From an uncultured Rickettsiales bacterium (GTDB lineage Bacteria; Pseudomonadota; Alphaproteobacteria; Rickettsiales; JABDBP01): a stretch of DNA of 64,000 nt. The stretch is taken from assembly GCA_964450945.1 (NCBI GenBank), contig CAYVHI010000002.1, forward strand, positions 904 to 64,903, read 5' to 3'. Each line of letters begins with the position of its first letter. Position 1 is the stretch's first letter. The translations under genes and the position numbers were made by a program. The notes under the pieces are model-generated. The model was not told where the DNA came from and did not search any database. It was given only the letters and a program-made list of their open reading frames with translations. Shown piece after piece: positions 29,749 to 38,893 of the stretch.

Positions 29749-31152
29749 ATGACAGTTATAACAAGATTCGCACCATCACCAACCGGTTTCCTGCATATAG
29801 GCGGCGCACGCACCGCTTTGTTCAACTGGCTATTTGCAAAGAACCAGGGCGGAAAATTCATGCTGCGCATCGAAGATACCGACCGTGAAAGATCAACTCA
29901 GGAAGCGGTAGATGCGATTATTGATGGTATGGAATGGCTGGGCCTTGAATGGGATGAAGCTCCTGTTTTCCAGTTTGACCGCAGCCCACGCCACGCCGAA
30001 GTTGCAATGCAAATGCTGAAAGAAGGAAAAGCATATAACTGCTATGCAACGCAAAGTGAGCTGGAAGAATTCAGAACAAAAAACCCTGGCGCAAAATTCA
30101 GGAGCCCATGGCGTGATGGCGGCACACCACCAGCGGGAATTCCTCCGGTTATAAGATTAAAAGCACCACGTGATGGTAAAACAACCGTGCATGATAAAGT
30201 GGAAGGTGAGGTGACGATAGAAAATACCGAGCTGGATGATATGGTGCTGCTGCGTTCTGATGGAACGCCAACATATATGCTTGCCGTTGTGGTGGATGAT
30301 CATGATATGAACATCACCCATGTTATACGCGGGCAAGACCACCTTACAAACACATTCCGCCAGCTACAGATTTATAATGCGCTTGGCTGGAAAGCGCCGG
30401 AGTTTGCACATATACCATTAATACATGGCGCAGATGGAGCGAAACTTTCCAAACGCCACGGGGCTTTAGGTGTGGATGCATACCGCGAGATGGGTTACCT
30501 GCCGGAAGCGCTAAGGAATTATTTACTCCGCCTCGGTTGGAGCCACGGTGATGATGAAATAATTTTCACCGAACAGGCAATAAAATGGTTCAACCTTGAA
30601 TCAATCGGCAAATCGCCTTCCAAATTTGATTTTACAAAACTTGAAAGCGTTAACGCGCATTATATTAAAGAGATGAATAATAAGGAATTAATAAAAACTT
30701 TAATACCATTTCTAAATAAAGAGTTTGGTAGAAAAATTAGTGATGACGAAAAAGTTAGAATAGAAAATCATGGATTGCTTGGAGCAAAAAATAGATCTAA
30801 AACATTGGTGGAATTAGCTAAGAGTATTAAAATTAACTTAGACGCTCCAAGTCCAACCTTTAAAAAGCTTGATCCTCAGGAAGTAATATCAGTCAGCGGG
30901 GCTGCCATAAGTGCAGTAAGAAGTTGGAGTCCTGAAGTATGGCATAGTCATACTACTTTGGACCAAAACTTTAAAAAATTTGTTGAAAGCAACAAATTTG
31001 AATTTAAAAAAGTGGGGCCTATTTTAAGAGAAGGATTAACGGGTTCTCAAAGTTCTTTACCCATTCCTGAGATAATGGGATTAAAGGGAAAGGAAACTGT
31101 AGAAAATAATCTAAATACCTTCATAAATCTAGCAAAAGACCATAAAAAATGA
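29749..31152 (+). CDS. gltX: Glutamyl-tRNA synthetase
   Basis: Start placed at MTVITRFAPSPTGFLHIGGART (HIGH). KLSKR motif present. The track ORF starts 45 nt earlier. Confidence 0.93.
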   Translation: MTVITRFAPSPTGFLHIGGARTALFNWLFAKNQGGKFMLRIEDTDRERSTQEAVDAIIDGMEWLGLEWDEAPVFQFDRSPRHAEVAMQMLKEGKAYNCYATQSELEEFRTKNPGAKFRSPWRDGGTPPAGIPPVIRLKAPRDGKTTVHDKVEGEVTIENTELDDMVLLRSDGTPTYMLAVVVDDHDMNITHVIRGQDHLTNTFRQLQIYNALGWKAPEFAHIPLIHGADGAKLSKRHGALGVDAYREMGYLPEALRNYLLRLGWSHGDDEIIFTEQAIKWFNLESIGKSPSKFDFTKLESVNAHYIKEMNNKELIKTLIPFLNKEFGRKISDDEKVRIENHGLLGAKNRSKTLVELAKSIKINLDAPSPTFKKLDPQEVISVSGAAISAVRSWSPEVWHSHTTLDQNFKKFVESNKFEFKKVGPILREGLTGSQSSLPIPEIMGLKGKETVENNLNTFINLAKDHKK

Positions 31153-31167
31153 TATTTTTATAAGCAT

Positions 31168-31710
31168 ATGGCCGTTTTACCGTTAGTTATATACCCAGAT
31201 CCAAGATTGAAAATAAAATCCAAACCTGTTGATAAGGTGGATGAACCATTACGCACGTTCATGGATAATATGCTTGAGACAATGTATGAGGAAGGCGGCA
31301 TCGGCCTTGCTGCAGTGCAGGTTGGTGTGCATAAGCGTATACTTGTCATGGATATAAAGCGTGGCTCCAAGCGTTATGAGAACGAAGATAAATCAAAATC
31401 CGAGCCATTGTTTCTTATAAACCCTGAAATCACCTGGAAGTCTGAAGAACTTAATTGTTATGATGAAGGTTGCCTATCTTTACCTGAACAATTTTCTGAA
31501 GTTTTTAGGCCAAAGCAGGTGAAGGTAAAGTATCTTGATTATTGGGGGCAGCCGCAGGAACTTCTGGCTGATGGCCTGCTAGCAACCTGTGTGCAGCATG
31601 AGATTGACCACCTGGACGGAATTGTGTTCATAGACCACATCTCGCCAGTGAAACGCGATATAATTGCAAGAAAACTAAAGAAAAAACAACGCCAAGAAGT
31701 TAAGGCCTAA
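31168..31710 (+). CDS. def: Peptide deformylase
   Basis: 180 aa. GIGLAAVQ, EGCLS, QHEIDH motifs. Confidence 0.93.
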   Translation: MAVLPLVIYPDPRLKIKSKPVDKVDEPLRTFMDNMLETMYEEGGIGLAAVQVGVHKRILVMDIKRGSKRYENEDKSKSEPLFLINPEITWKSEELNCYDEGCLSLPEQFSEVFRPKQVKVKYLDYWGQPQELLADGLLATCVQHEIDHLDGIVFIDHISPVKRDIIARKLKKKQRQEVKA

Positions 31711-32195
31711 AGCGCTGGTTTTGGTGGAGTACCATCTCCCTCTGAACGTTCAGTATGGGTTTCAGGTTGTTCTTGTTTTGCAAATTTTAATGCTGCTGGT
31801 GTTCTTGAAGCATCTTCGCCGCCTCTCTTTTTAAAGCCATTTTCTAAAGCAACTCCTAAAACAGCAAGTTTTACTGGTTTGCTGAAAATAAAATCAATCC
31901 CATATTCTGGTGGAGCTACAAAATCAGGCAAGAACCTTCCGCTTATAACTATAATGGGGCCCTTAAAACCTTTAGCTCTTGCATCTTTTGCAAAATTAAG
32001 ACCATCATCAGAATCATTGGTAACCATATTATTGTCTGATAAAATACCATCTGCCTTATCAATTTTATTGATAGCATCAGCAGGTGAATCTGACTGAATG
32101 GCATTATAACCCAAATGCTCAATAAGCATTACCATACTTTCTCTTACAGTCTTATCATCATCAACAACAAGTATCGTTTTTGTTTCTTCTGCCAT
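31707..32195 (-). CDS. Single-domain response regulator (REC) with Pro/Glu-rich tail
   Basis: 162 aa. VVDDD, acceptor Asp in ILSDNNM, ISG, and SKP (Lys) are all present. There is no output domain. Confidence 0.8.
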   Translation of the reverse strand: MAEETKTILVVDDDKTVRESMVMLIEHLGYNAIQSDSPADAINKIDKADGILSDNNMVTNDSDDGLNFAKDARAKGFKGPIIVISGRFLPDFVAPPEYGIDFIFSKPVKLAVLGVALENGFKKRGGEDASRTPAALKFAKQEQPETHTERSEGDGTPPKPAL

Positions 32196-32268
32196 ATTTA
32201 ACTCTATTTAATTGAGAATTATCAGATTGCCTATTATATACGATAATAATTAAAGAATTATTACAAAT

Positions 32269-33189
32269 ATGAAAATTATTTTTATGGGAACGCCTGACTT
32301 TGCCGTTCCTACATTAAAGCAACTTATAAATTCAAGCCATGAACTGGTGGCGGTATATTCACAGCCGCCACGGCCTGCCGGCAGGGGAAAGAAAGAACAG
32401 AAATCCCCCATACATGAACTGGCAGAACAATATAATATTCAAGTAAAAACACCTGCTTCACTAAAAAAGCCGGAAGCCCAGAAGGAATTTACAGACATGA
32501 AAGCCGATGTGGCGGTGGTTGCTGCATATGGCCTGTTGCTGCCAGAGGCGATTCTTAAGGGAACAAAATTTGGCTGCATAAATGTTCACCCATCGCTTCT
32601 GCCGCGCTGGCGGGGGGCAGCACCAATCCAGCGCGCCATAATGGCGGGAGATAAGGAAACCGGTGTTTGCATAATGCAGATGGATAAAGGCCTTGATACA
32701 GGTGATGTGATGGTGATGGAGCGTTATTCCATTCCTGCCAGAACCACGGCAGGCATGCTGCATGATATGCTAGCAAAAATAGGCGCAAAGCTTGTATTGC
32801 AGACACTTGATAAACTCAGCCGTGGCAAGCTTGAATCTGAAAAACAATCTACAGAAGGAATTACTTACGCAAACAAGATAACCAAGGAAGATGAAAAGAT
32901 AGACTGGCAGAAAACAGCGGCAGAAATAGCAAACCAGATACATGGTCTATCCCCTAGGCCGGGTGCATTTTTTGAATATAAAGGAGAAAAAATAAAAATA
33001 TTTTCTGCAGAAACCCAGGTTGTTGAACATAGTAAGCCGCCGGGAACAATACTTGATAATAACCTTGTTATTGCCTGCGGAAAAAATGTATTAAAACCAC
33101 TAAAATTACAGCGTCCGGGTAAAAACCCTCTTGATATAAAAGATTTTCTGCGTGGGTTTTCCATCCCGGCAGGAGAAGTTCTAAAATAA
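32269..33189 (+). CDS. fmt: Methionyl-tRNA formyltransferase
   Basis: 306 aa. MGTPDFAVP, NVHPSLLPRWRGAAPIQ motifs. Confidence 0.93.
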   Translation: MKIIFMGTPDFAVPTLKQLINSSHELVAVYSQPPRPAGRGKKEQKSPIHELAEQYNIQVKTPASLKKPEAQKEFTDMKADVAVVAAYGLLLPEAILKGTKFGCINVHPSLLPRWRGAAPIQRAIMAGDKETGVCIMQMDKGLDTGDVMVMERYSIPARTTAGMLHDMLAKIGAKLVLQTLDKLSRGKLESEKQSTEGITYANKITKEDEKIDWQKTAAEIANQIHGLSPRPGAFFEYKGEKIKIFSAETQVVEHSKPPGTILDNNLVIACGKNVLKPLKLQRPGKNPLDIKDFLRGFSIPAGEVLK

Positions 33190-33926
33190 TGCCGCGCTAT
33201 AAACTGACAGTTGAATATGATGGAACAGGGCTTGCTGGCTGGCAGCGCCAGAAGCATATGCCCTCAGTTCAGCAGCACCTGGAAGAAGCGATAAAGAAAT
33301 TCTCAGGCGAAAAAATCAATCTTTTCGTTGCCGGCAGGACAGATGCTGGGGTGCATGCGCTGGCGCAGGTTTGCCATTTCGATATGAAGAGGAAAATGAA
33401 GGGTGATGATGTAAGGAAAGCCATAAACCATTTCTTAAAAGGTTTGAAGATTGTGGTTATTAAGGCAGAGGAAGTTGATAAAAGTTTTAACGCAAGGATG
33501 GGTGCAAAAAAACGCCATTATCTATACAGGATATTAAACAGAAAATCCCCCGCCGCCGTTGATAGTGAAAGAGTTTGGCATATAAGGAAAAAACTCGATA
33601 TCAAAGCCATGAATAAGGCCGCCCAAGTACTGATTGGAAAACATGATTTTACCAGTTTCCGCGATGCCGAATGCCAGGCAAAGTCACCAATTAAAACTTT
33701 GGATAAGATTGTTGTAAAAAAGAAAGGGCAGGAGGTGCATATCACAGTTTCAGCACAATCTTTCCTGCACCATATGGTAAGGAACATTACAGGCACACTG
33801 GTGGATATAGGCAAAGGTAAAACAGAACCTGAGGATATGAAAAAGATCCTTAAGGCAAAAGACAGGAAAGCCGCGGGGCCCACAGCACCGGCTTATGGCC
33901 TATATTTCGTAAAAGTAGATTATTAG
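33189..33926 (+). CDS. truA: tRNA pseudouridine(38-40) synthase
   Basis: 245 aa. YDGTGLAGWQ, GRTDAGVHA motifs. Confidence 0.92.
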   Translation: MPRYKLTVEYDGTGLAGWQRQKHMPSVQQHLEEAIKKFSGEKINLFVAGRTDAGVHALAQVCHFDMKRKMKGDDVRKAINHFLKGLKIVVIKAEEVDKSFNARMGAKKRHYLYRILNRKSPAAVDSERVWHIRKKLDIKAMNKAAQVLIGKHDFTSFRDAECQAKSPIKTLDKIVVKKKGQEVHITVSAQSFLHHMVRNITGTLVDIGKGKTEPEDMKKILKAKDRKAAGPTAPAYGLYFVKVDY

Positions 33927-34177
33927 CGGGGATTTTTATATGAAGGCAGGGTTTTATGGGTGCCATCACAGAAAGGCTGGTTTTTGGTTGCTTTACAGCC
34001 GCACAGGGCATATTCCTTTTCCTGCTCAACCTTAAACCAAACTGGGGTTATACCAGTGCCGCCATGTGAGCCATCACAAAAAGGCTGATTATTGCTTTTC
34101 CCGCACGCGCACCAGGCATAATTCTTCTCAGGCTCCAGTTTTACCATGAAATAAGGCTTTTTTGGCGCTTCTGTCAT
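33923..34177 (-). CDS. CDGSH iron-sulfur domain protein (two CDGSH motifs)
   Basis: 84 aa. CACGKSNNQPFCDGSH and CGCKATKNQPFCDGTH. Confidence 0.85.
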   Translation of the reverse strand: MTEAPKKPYFMVKLEPEKNYAWCACGKSNNQPFCDGSHGGTGITPVWFKVEQEKEYALCGCKATKNQPFCDGTHKTLPSYKNPR

Positions 34178-34215
34178 TTGCTTATCTCCCGATTTTCCAT
34201 TATAAGGCTATTCTT

Positions 34216-34806
34216 ATGTTTACAGGTATTATCACAAGTATAGGTGAAGTAAAGGACATAAAGGTAAACAAGATAAGCCGTGACTTTACCATCACCACAA
34301 ATTTTGACATGAAAAAAGTGCCTATTGGCGCCTCTATTTCATGCTCCGGTGTTTGCCTTACGGTTGCTTCAAAAGGCAGGGACTGGTTCAAGGCCAATGC
34401 ATCAAAGGAAACGCTTGATAGAACCACCGCAGGTTTCTGGAAAAAAGGCAAAAAACTCAACCTAGAAGGTTCTCTTAAGATGGGCGATGAGCTGGGTGGC
34501 CATATAGTTTTCGGCCATGTGGACGGGATTGCCGAAGTGGTTTCCAAGCAGAAAGTGGGTGATTCTTATAAATTATCAGTATTTTTCCCGCCAAAATATA
34601 AGAAATTCATAGTTGAGAAGGGGTCTGTTTCGCTGGACGGCGTATCCTTGACGGTAAACGCCCTAAAGGGTAATGTGCTGGAAATAAATCTGGTGCCGCA
34701 TACCTGGCAGAACACAACGTTTTCATCTGTCAGGGTGGGAGATATGCTGAATCTGGAAATTGATATGCTGGCACGTTATGTTGCAAAAAATCTTGAAGCT
34801 ATTTGA
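34216..34806 (+). CDS. ribE: Riboflavin synthase
   Basis: Start placed at MFTGIITSIGEV. Internal duplicated barrel (GDSYKL...). The track ORF starts at 34162, overlapping the CDGSH gene. Confidence 0.9.
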   Translation: MFTGIITSIGEVKDIKVNKISRDFTITTNFDMKKVPIGASISCSGVCLTVASKGRDWFKANASKETLDRTTAGFWKKGKKLNLEGSLKMGDELGGHIVFGHVDGIAEVVSKQKVGDSYKLSVFFPPKYKKFIVEKGSVSLDGVSLTVNALKGNVLEINLVPHTWQNTTFSSVRVGDMLNLEIDMLARYVAKNLEAI

Positions 34807-34834
34807 ACATTCTACTATGCTGGCTGTAAATAGC

Positions 34835-34898
34835 AATTTACTGCGCTTCCGGGGTTCACGTACCTTGCATGTACGCTCCACTCCGGTTCTCGTAAATT
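34835..34898. repeat. Hairpin repeat family copy E (divergent)
   Basis: AATTTAC...GTAAATT 7-bp termini enclose TGCGCTTCCGGGGTTCACGTAC-cttgcat-GTACGCTCCACTCCGGTTCTC. Shares the CACGTAC/GTACGCT core with copies D and F. Confidence 0.55.
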
Positions 34899-34923
34899 TA
34901 CAATTTCCAGCTCAGCCTAGCGA

Positions 34924-36072
34924 ATGTTGAAACAACTTAAAAAAAATAATTTTATGGGTTACGCAGAATTCCTTTCGCCAATTGAAGATATCATTGCTGA
35001 TGCAAAAGCCGGCAAGATGTTCATTCTTGTCGATGATGAGGATCGGGAAAATGAAGGCGATATAATTATTCCTGCTGAGAAGATAAGTGTTGATGCCGTG
35101 AATTTCATGGTGAAGCATGCCAGAGGATTGGTGTGCCTTGCCATAACAAAACAAAGATCAAACGAGCTGGCCTTAAAGCTTATGCCTAGAAGCAATGTCT
35201 CACGCCATTCAACAGCATTCACTGTTTCCATTGAGGCAAAGGAAGGTGTTACAACCGGTATCTCTTCCGCTGACAGGACACAGACAATTAAAGTCGCGAT
35301 AGACCCTAAAAAAGGCGCAAGCGATATATGCACACCAGGCCACGTGTTTCCACTGGTTGCCCGTGATGGCGGTGTTCTGGTGCGTGCAGGCCATACAGAG
35401 GCAGCGGTTGATATAGCAAGACTTGCCGGCCTTAACCCATCTGGCGTTATATGTGAGATAATGAATGATGATGGCACAATGGCACGCATGCCTGAACTTA
35501 CCCAATTTGCTAAACAGCATGATTTAAAGATTGCAACCATTGCTGACCTTATCGCTTACCGCAGGAAGAACGATAAACTGGTGCGCCGTGAACTGGAGAC
35601 AAAATTCAAGACTGAATTCGGCGGTGAGTTCAATATGTATGTTTACCTGAACACAGTTGAATATGCGGAGCACATTGTGCTGGTGAAAGGCAAACTGAAT
35701 ACAAAAGAACCTGTTTGGGTGCGTATGCACTCACTTGATCTGCTTACCGACCTGCTTGGTGATACCACCACCGGAAAGGCAGGTGAACTGCATAAGGCCA
35801 TGAAGATGATAGATAAGAACGGCAGCGGTGTAATCGTCCTTATCAGGGAGCCAAGAAAATCTGCTCTTTCTGATGTTGTGAAGAAGCGTTACCTGGAGCA
35901 GGAAAAAGAGCAGAAAGGCCAGAAAAACCTGAGGGATTATGGTATAGGCGCACAAATTCTTCTCGACCTTGGCGTTAAAGAGATGATACTTCTTACTAAT
36001 TCATCTAAACATTCAATTATCGGCCTTGAAGGTTATGGACTGACAATTGTTGGCGAAAAAGCGATAAAGTAA
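34924..36072 (+). CDS. ribB: 3,4-dihydroxy-2-butanone-4-phosphate synthase fused to a degenerate GTP-cyclohydrolase-II-like domain (RibBX type)
   Basis: The N-terminal half has DRENEGD and a DHBP synthase pattern. The C-terminal half aligns to RibA, but VHSECLTGD...RCDCG reads MHSLDLLTD...TTTGKAG, so the Zn-binding Cys residues are absent. An alternative start exists at 34954. Confidence 0.88.
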   Translation: MLKQLKKNNFMGYAEFLSPIEDIIADAKAGKMFILVDDEDRENEGDIIIPAEKISVDAVNFMVKHARGLVCLAITKQRSNELALKLMPRSNVSRHSTAFTVSIEAKEGVTTGISSADRTQTIKVAIDPKKGASDICTPGHVFPLVARDGGVLVRAGHTEAAVDIARLAGLNPSGVICEIMNDDGTMARMPELTQFAKQHDLKIATIADLIAYRRKNDKLVRRELETKFKTEFGGEFNMYVYLNTVEYAEHIVLVKGKLNTKEPVWVRMHSLDLLTDLLGDTTTGKAGELHKAMKMIDKNGSGVIVLIREPRKSALSDVVKKRYLEQEKEQKGQKNLRDYGIGAQILLDLGVKEMILLTNSSKHSIIGLEGYGLTIVGEKAIK

Positions 36073-36075
36073 TTT

Positions 36076-36498
36076 ATGAAGATACTTATTATAGATGCGC
36101 GCTACTATGAAAAAATTGCGGAGGAAATGCTGCAAGGTGCAGTAGAAGTGTTAGAGAAAGCAAAAGTAAAATATGATGTTGTTACGGTGCCGGGAGCATT
36201 TGAAGTTCCAGCTGCCATATCTTTTGCGCTCAAAAAAAATAAGTATGATGGCTATATTGCACTCGGTTGTGTTATACGCGGTGAAACCTCGCACTATGAT
36301 TATGTTTGTCAGGAAAGCGCAAGAGGGATAAATGATCTTGCCATGAAAAAACATGCAGCGATTGGATATGGAATATTAACGGTTGAGAATGAAGCGCAAG
36401 CATGGGATAGAGCCAAGCGTAGAAAACAGAACAAGGGCGGATTTGCTGCAAAAGCCTGCCTTGATATGATAAACCTTAAAAAGAAACTAAAGGCATGA
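36076..36498 (+). CDS. ribH: 6,7-dimethyl-8-ribityllumazine synthase
   Basis: 140 aa. VPGAFEVP and GCVIRGETSHYDYV motifs. Confidence 0.92.
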   Translation: MKILIIDARYYEKIAEEMLQGAVEVLEKAKVKYDVVTVPGAFEVPAAISFALKKNKYDGYIALGCVIRGETSHYDYVCQESARGINDLAMKKHAAIGYGILTVENEAQAWDRAKRRKQNKGGFAAKACLDMINLKKKLKA

Positions 36499-36935
36499 AG
36501 AATAATACGCGCACAAACGCCAGAACTCTTGCCATCCAGGCTTTATATGACCAGGAAATAAATGGCTCTGCAACCACCCCTGAAGAGCTGGTTACTGATA
36601 TATTAAAATTTTCGGGTAACAACAATGCCGACAAAAAATTCTTAAAAACCCTGATAGAGGGCGCACTGGAAAACTCAAAAAGCTTTGATGAAATAATCAG
36701 CAAATATCTTTCAGGTGGGTGGAACATTGAGAAACTTAACCCACTAATGCGTGTTATACTGCGTGTTGCAACATATGAGCTACAGGCGCTTGCCAATGTT
36801 CCGCCAAAAGTTGTTATAAAGGAATATATGGAACTGACTAAAAAATTTGTTGGTGAAAAGGAAGTGAGATTCACCAACGGCGTTCTAGATAAAATTGCAA
36901 AAGAGCTCCGGCCGCAAGCATTTGCAAATGGATGA
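36495..36935 (+). CDS. nusB: Transcription antitermination factor NusB
   Basis: 146 aa. ARTLAIQALYD at the N-terminus, and the conserved ribH-nusB-thiL order. Confidence 0.9.
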   Translation: MKNNTRTNARTLAIQALYDQEINGSATTPEELVTDILKFSGNNNADKKFLKTLIEGALENSKSFDEIISKYLSGGWNIEKLNPLMRVILRVATYELQALANVPPKVVIKEYMELTKKFVGEKEVRFTNGVLDKIAKELRPQAFANG

Positions 36936-37914
36936 ATTCTCTTTCATAGAAAGACACTTGGCGCCGCTTGCTGCAAAGGAAAAAGGCGCACTTGACCTAA
37001 AAGATGATGCAGCAGTAATTGCCCCAAAAAAAGGAAATGAGTTTGTAATAACCAAAGATGCAATCACTGAAGGTGTTCATTTTTTTTCCGGCGATACACC
37101 AGAAAACATTGCAAGAAAACTATTGGGAGTCAATCTTTCTGACATGGCAGCAATGGGCGCAAAGCCACGTTGTTACCTGATTGCAGGCGTGCTTACAAAA
37201 GCAATAAAAGAACTATGGCTTAAGCGCTTCAACCAGACTTTGGCAGAAATACAGAAGCAATATGGCATCACCATGATTGGTGGTGACACCAGCGTTCAAG
37301 AAAAGATACTTACATTCTCACTGACTATGATCGGTGAAGTTAGAAAGGGAAAATTCTTAAGAAGGAAAGGTGCAAAACCAGGCGATATAATTTTCGTTTC
37401 CGGAACAATAGGTGATTCAGCTCTAGGGCTTCAGATACTAAAAAATAAAATAAATAAAGTTTCAGCAGAGAATAAAAAATTCCTTGTTTCAAGATATCAT
37501 GTTCCAAGCCCACGGGTAAAACTAGGGCAAGAATTGATTGGAGTTGCAAACGCTGCCATCGATATTTCTGATGGGCTGATTGCAGACCTTGGGCATATAT
37601 GTGAATGCTCAGGTGTTAGTGCTGATGTTTTTCTCTCCCAGATACCGCTTTCAAAAGCAGGAAAAGATCTGATAAAGAAAAACCCATCATTCTATAAATA
37701 TGTACTTTCAGGCGGAGATGATTATGAACTTTGTTTCACTGCGCCGGAGAGGTCAATTTCTAAAATTCTTCGTCTTGCAAAGAAGCTAAGAACCCCCATA
37801 ACTCCTATAGGTGTTGTAAAAAAAACAACCGCCGGTGATAGGGTAAGAATATTAGATAATTACCGCAAAGTTATACCGCAACAAGCTGCCGGATATAACC
37901 ACTTCCATAAATAA
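36928..37914 (+). CDS. thiL: Thiamine-monophosphate kinase
   Basis: Start placed at MDEFSFIERHLAPL, overlapping the nusB stop. AIR-synthase-like fold with DISDGL and GGDDYEL motifs. Confidence 0.88.
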   Translation: MDEFSFIERHLAPLAAKEKGALDLKDDAAVIAPKKGNEFVITKDAITEGVHFFSGDTPENIARKLLGVNLSDMAAMGAKPRCYLIAGVLTKAIKELWLKRFNQTLAEIQKQYGITMIGGDTSVQEKILTFSLTMIGEVRKGKFLRRKGAKPGDIIFVSGTIGDSALGLQILKNKINKVSAENKKFLVSRYHVPSPRVKLGQELIGVANAAIDISDGLIADLGHICECSGVSADVFLSQIPLSKAGKDLIKKNPSFYKYVLSGGDDYELCFTAPERSISKILRLAKKLRTPITPIGVVKKTTAGDRVRILDNYRKVIPQQAAGYNHFHK

Positions 37915-37945
37915 AATTAATATATAACAATATCTTAAGCTGGAA

Positions 37946-37984
37946 GTTTCCTAAATTGATAAAATTTTAGGAAAATTGTTTCCT
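37946..37984. promoter_or_regulatory. Inverted repeat TTTCCTAAA-N10-TTTAGGAAA plus a third GTTTCCT half-site upstream of lipoprotein array
   Basis: 37947-37955 and 37966-37974 are exact reverse complements. GTTTCCT is at 37946-37952 and again at 37978-37984. Confidence 0.35.
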
Positions 37985-38053
37985 GTTAATAAAATCTTAA
38001 TATTTGGGGGTTATATATATGATATAATTAAGTAAGTGGAATTAAGGAAAATT

Positions 38054-38395
38054 ATGGAAAAAAAGCTTATAAAAATATTGACTTTGGCGTTTGCCTTTAT
38101 GCTGGTTGGATGTAGCAATGACCCAAGATCTGCTTTTATTCCGTTTTCAGCTATTGGCCAGACATTTAGTCCAAAGCCGATGTACATGAGAGGGTTACCA
38201 GAAGGGGATGATAGTTACTCAGTAGGTTTCAGAGATGGGTGCGATACTTATCTTGGCATACAGGGGGTTGGTTTGATGCAGTTCAAAACATTTAAACAGG
38301 ATACATTGCGTACGATAAATGATCAGTATTATGCACAAGGTTATGAAGACGGAAGGAACCATTGCACATATATAATGCACCCTGCGGTAAACTAG
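38054..38395 (+). CDS. Small lipoprotein, paralog 1 of 5 (most divergent)
   Basis: Start at MEKKLIK with AAGGA SD. Lipobox LVGC. GFRDGCDT ... YYAQGYEDGRNHC. Confidence 0.7.
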   Translation: MEKKLIKILTLAFAFMLVGCSNDPRSAFIPFSAIGQTFSPKPMYMRGLPEGDDSYSVGFRDGCDTYLGIQGVGLMQFKTFKQDTLRTINDQYYAQGYEDGRNHCTYIMHPAVN

Positions 38396-38401
38396 GTATT
38401 T

Positions 38402-38743
38402 ATGGATAAAACTATGAAAAAAGTAATTACCATATTAAGTATAATTATCATGTCGCTCGGTTTTTCTGCGTGCAGCAGGGATAAGCTTGACCTCGCGCAC
38501 GGAGCCAATTTTAATGTTGATCCCCCACCTGGCCCGCCTGAGTATCAGAAAGGATGGAAAGATGGCTGTGAAACAGGCAGGGCAGCATATGCAAACCATT
38601 TTTATAAAATGTTCCTTGATTTCAGGCAGGATGAAGAATTAGCCCAGAACCCTATATATTATCAGGTATGGAAAGATGCTTACCTATATTGCTGGTTCCA
38701 AACGGAAACTGGATATAACCATGGTTGGGGCAACTTTAGGTAA
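38402..38743 (+). CDS. Small lipoprotein, paralog 2 of 5
   Basis: Lipobox FSAC. PPEYQKGWKDGCETG ... FRQDEELAQNPIYYQVWKDAYLYC. Confidence 0.72.
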   Translation: MDKTMKKVITILSIIIMSLGFSACSRDKLDLAHGANFNVDPPPGPPEYQKGWKDGCETGRAAYANHFYKMFLDFRQDEELAQNPIYYQVWKDAYLYCWFQTETGYNHGWGNFR

Positions 38744-38769
38744 ATTATGCTGAAAACTCTTTTTATTGG

Positions 38770-38862
38770 TAAATACTTTGTCGTTAACATTCTCGAATCC
38801 TCATGTACGTTATTGTACACTGCGGTTCTGCGAGTTTTAACTCCTAGTATTTTCCTAATAAG
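38770..38862. repeat. Hairpin repeat family copy F
   Basis: ..TTTGTCGTTAACATTCTCGAATCCTCATGTAC-gttatt-GTACACTGCGGTTCTGCGAG..ACTCCTAGTA. Lies between paralogs 2 and 3, inside the 5' extension of track ORF 38747. Confidence 0.6.
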
Positions 38863-38893
38863 AAGAGTTTTCAGCTATAATTTACTACTTACA

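Noticed and set aside
34807-34923. Looked for an FMN (RFN) riboswitch in the leader of the ribB-type gene.
   Set aside because: None of the conserved RFN core segments I remember (GGGCGGGGTGAAATTCC-like) is present. The region is instead occupied by hairpin repeat copy E.
34959-35540. 193-aa and neighbouring minus-strand ORFs (35209-35520, 35524-35730, 35731-35955).
   Set aside because: They are antisense to the RibB-type gene, whose protein has clear family motifs, so they are shadow ORFs.
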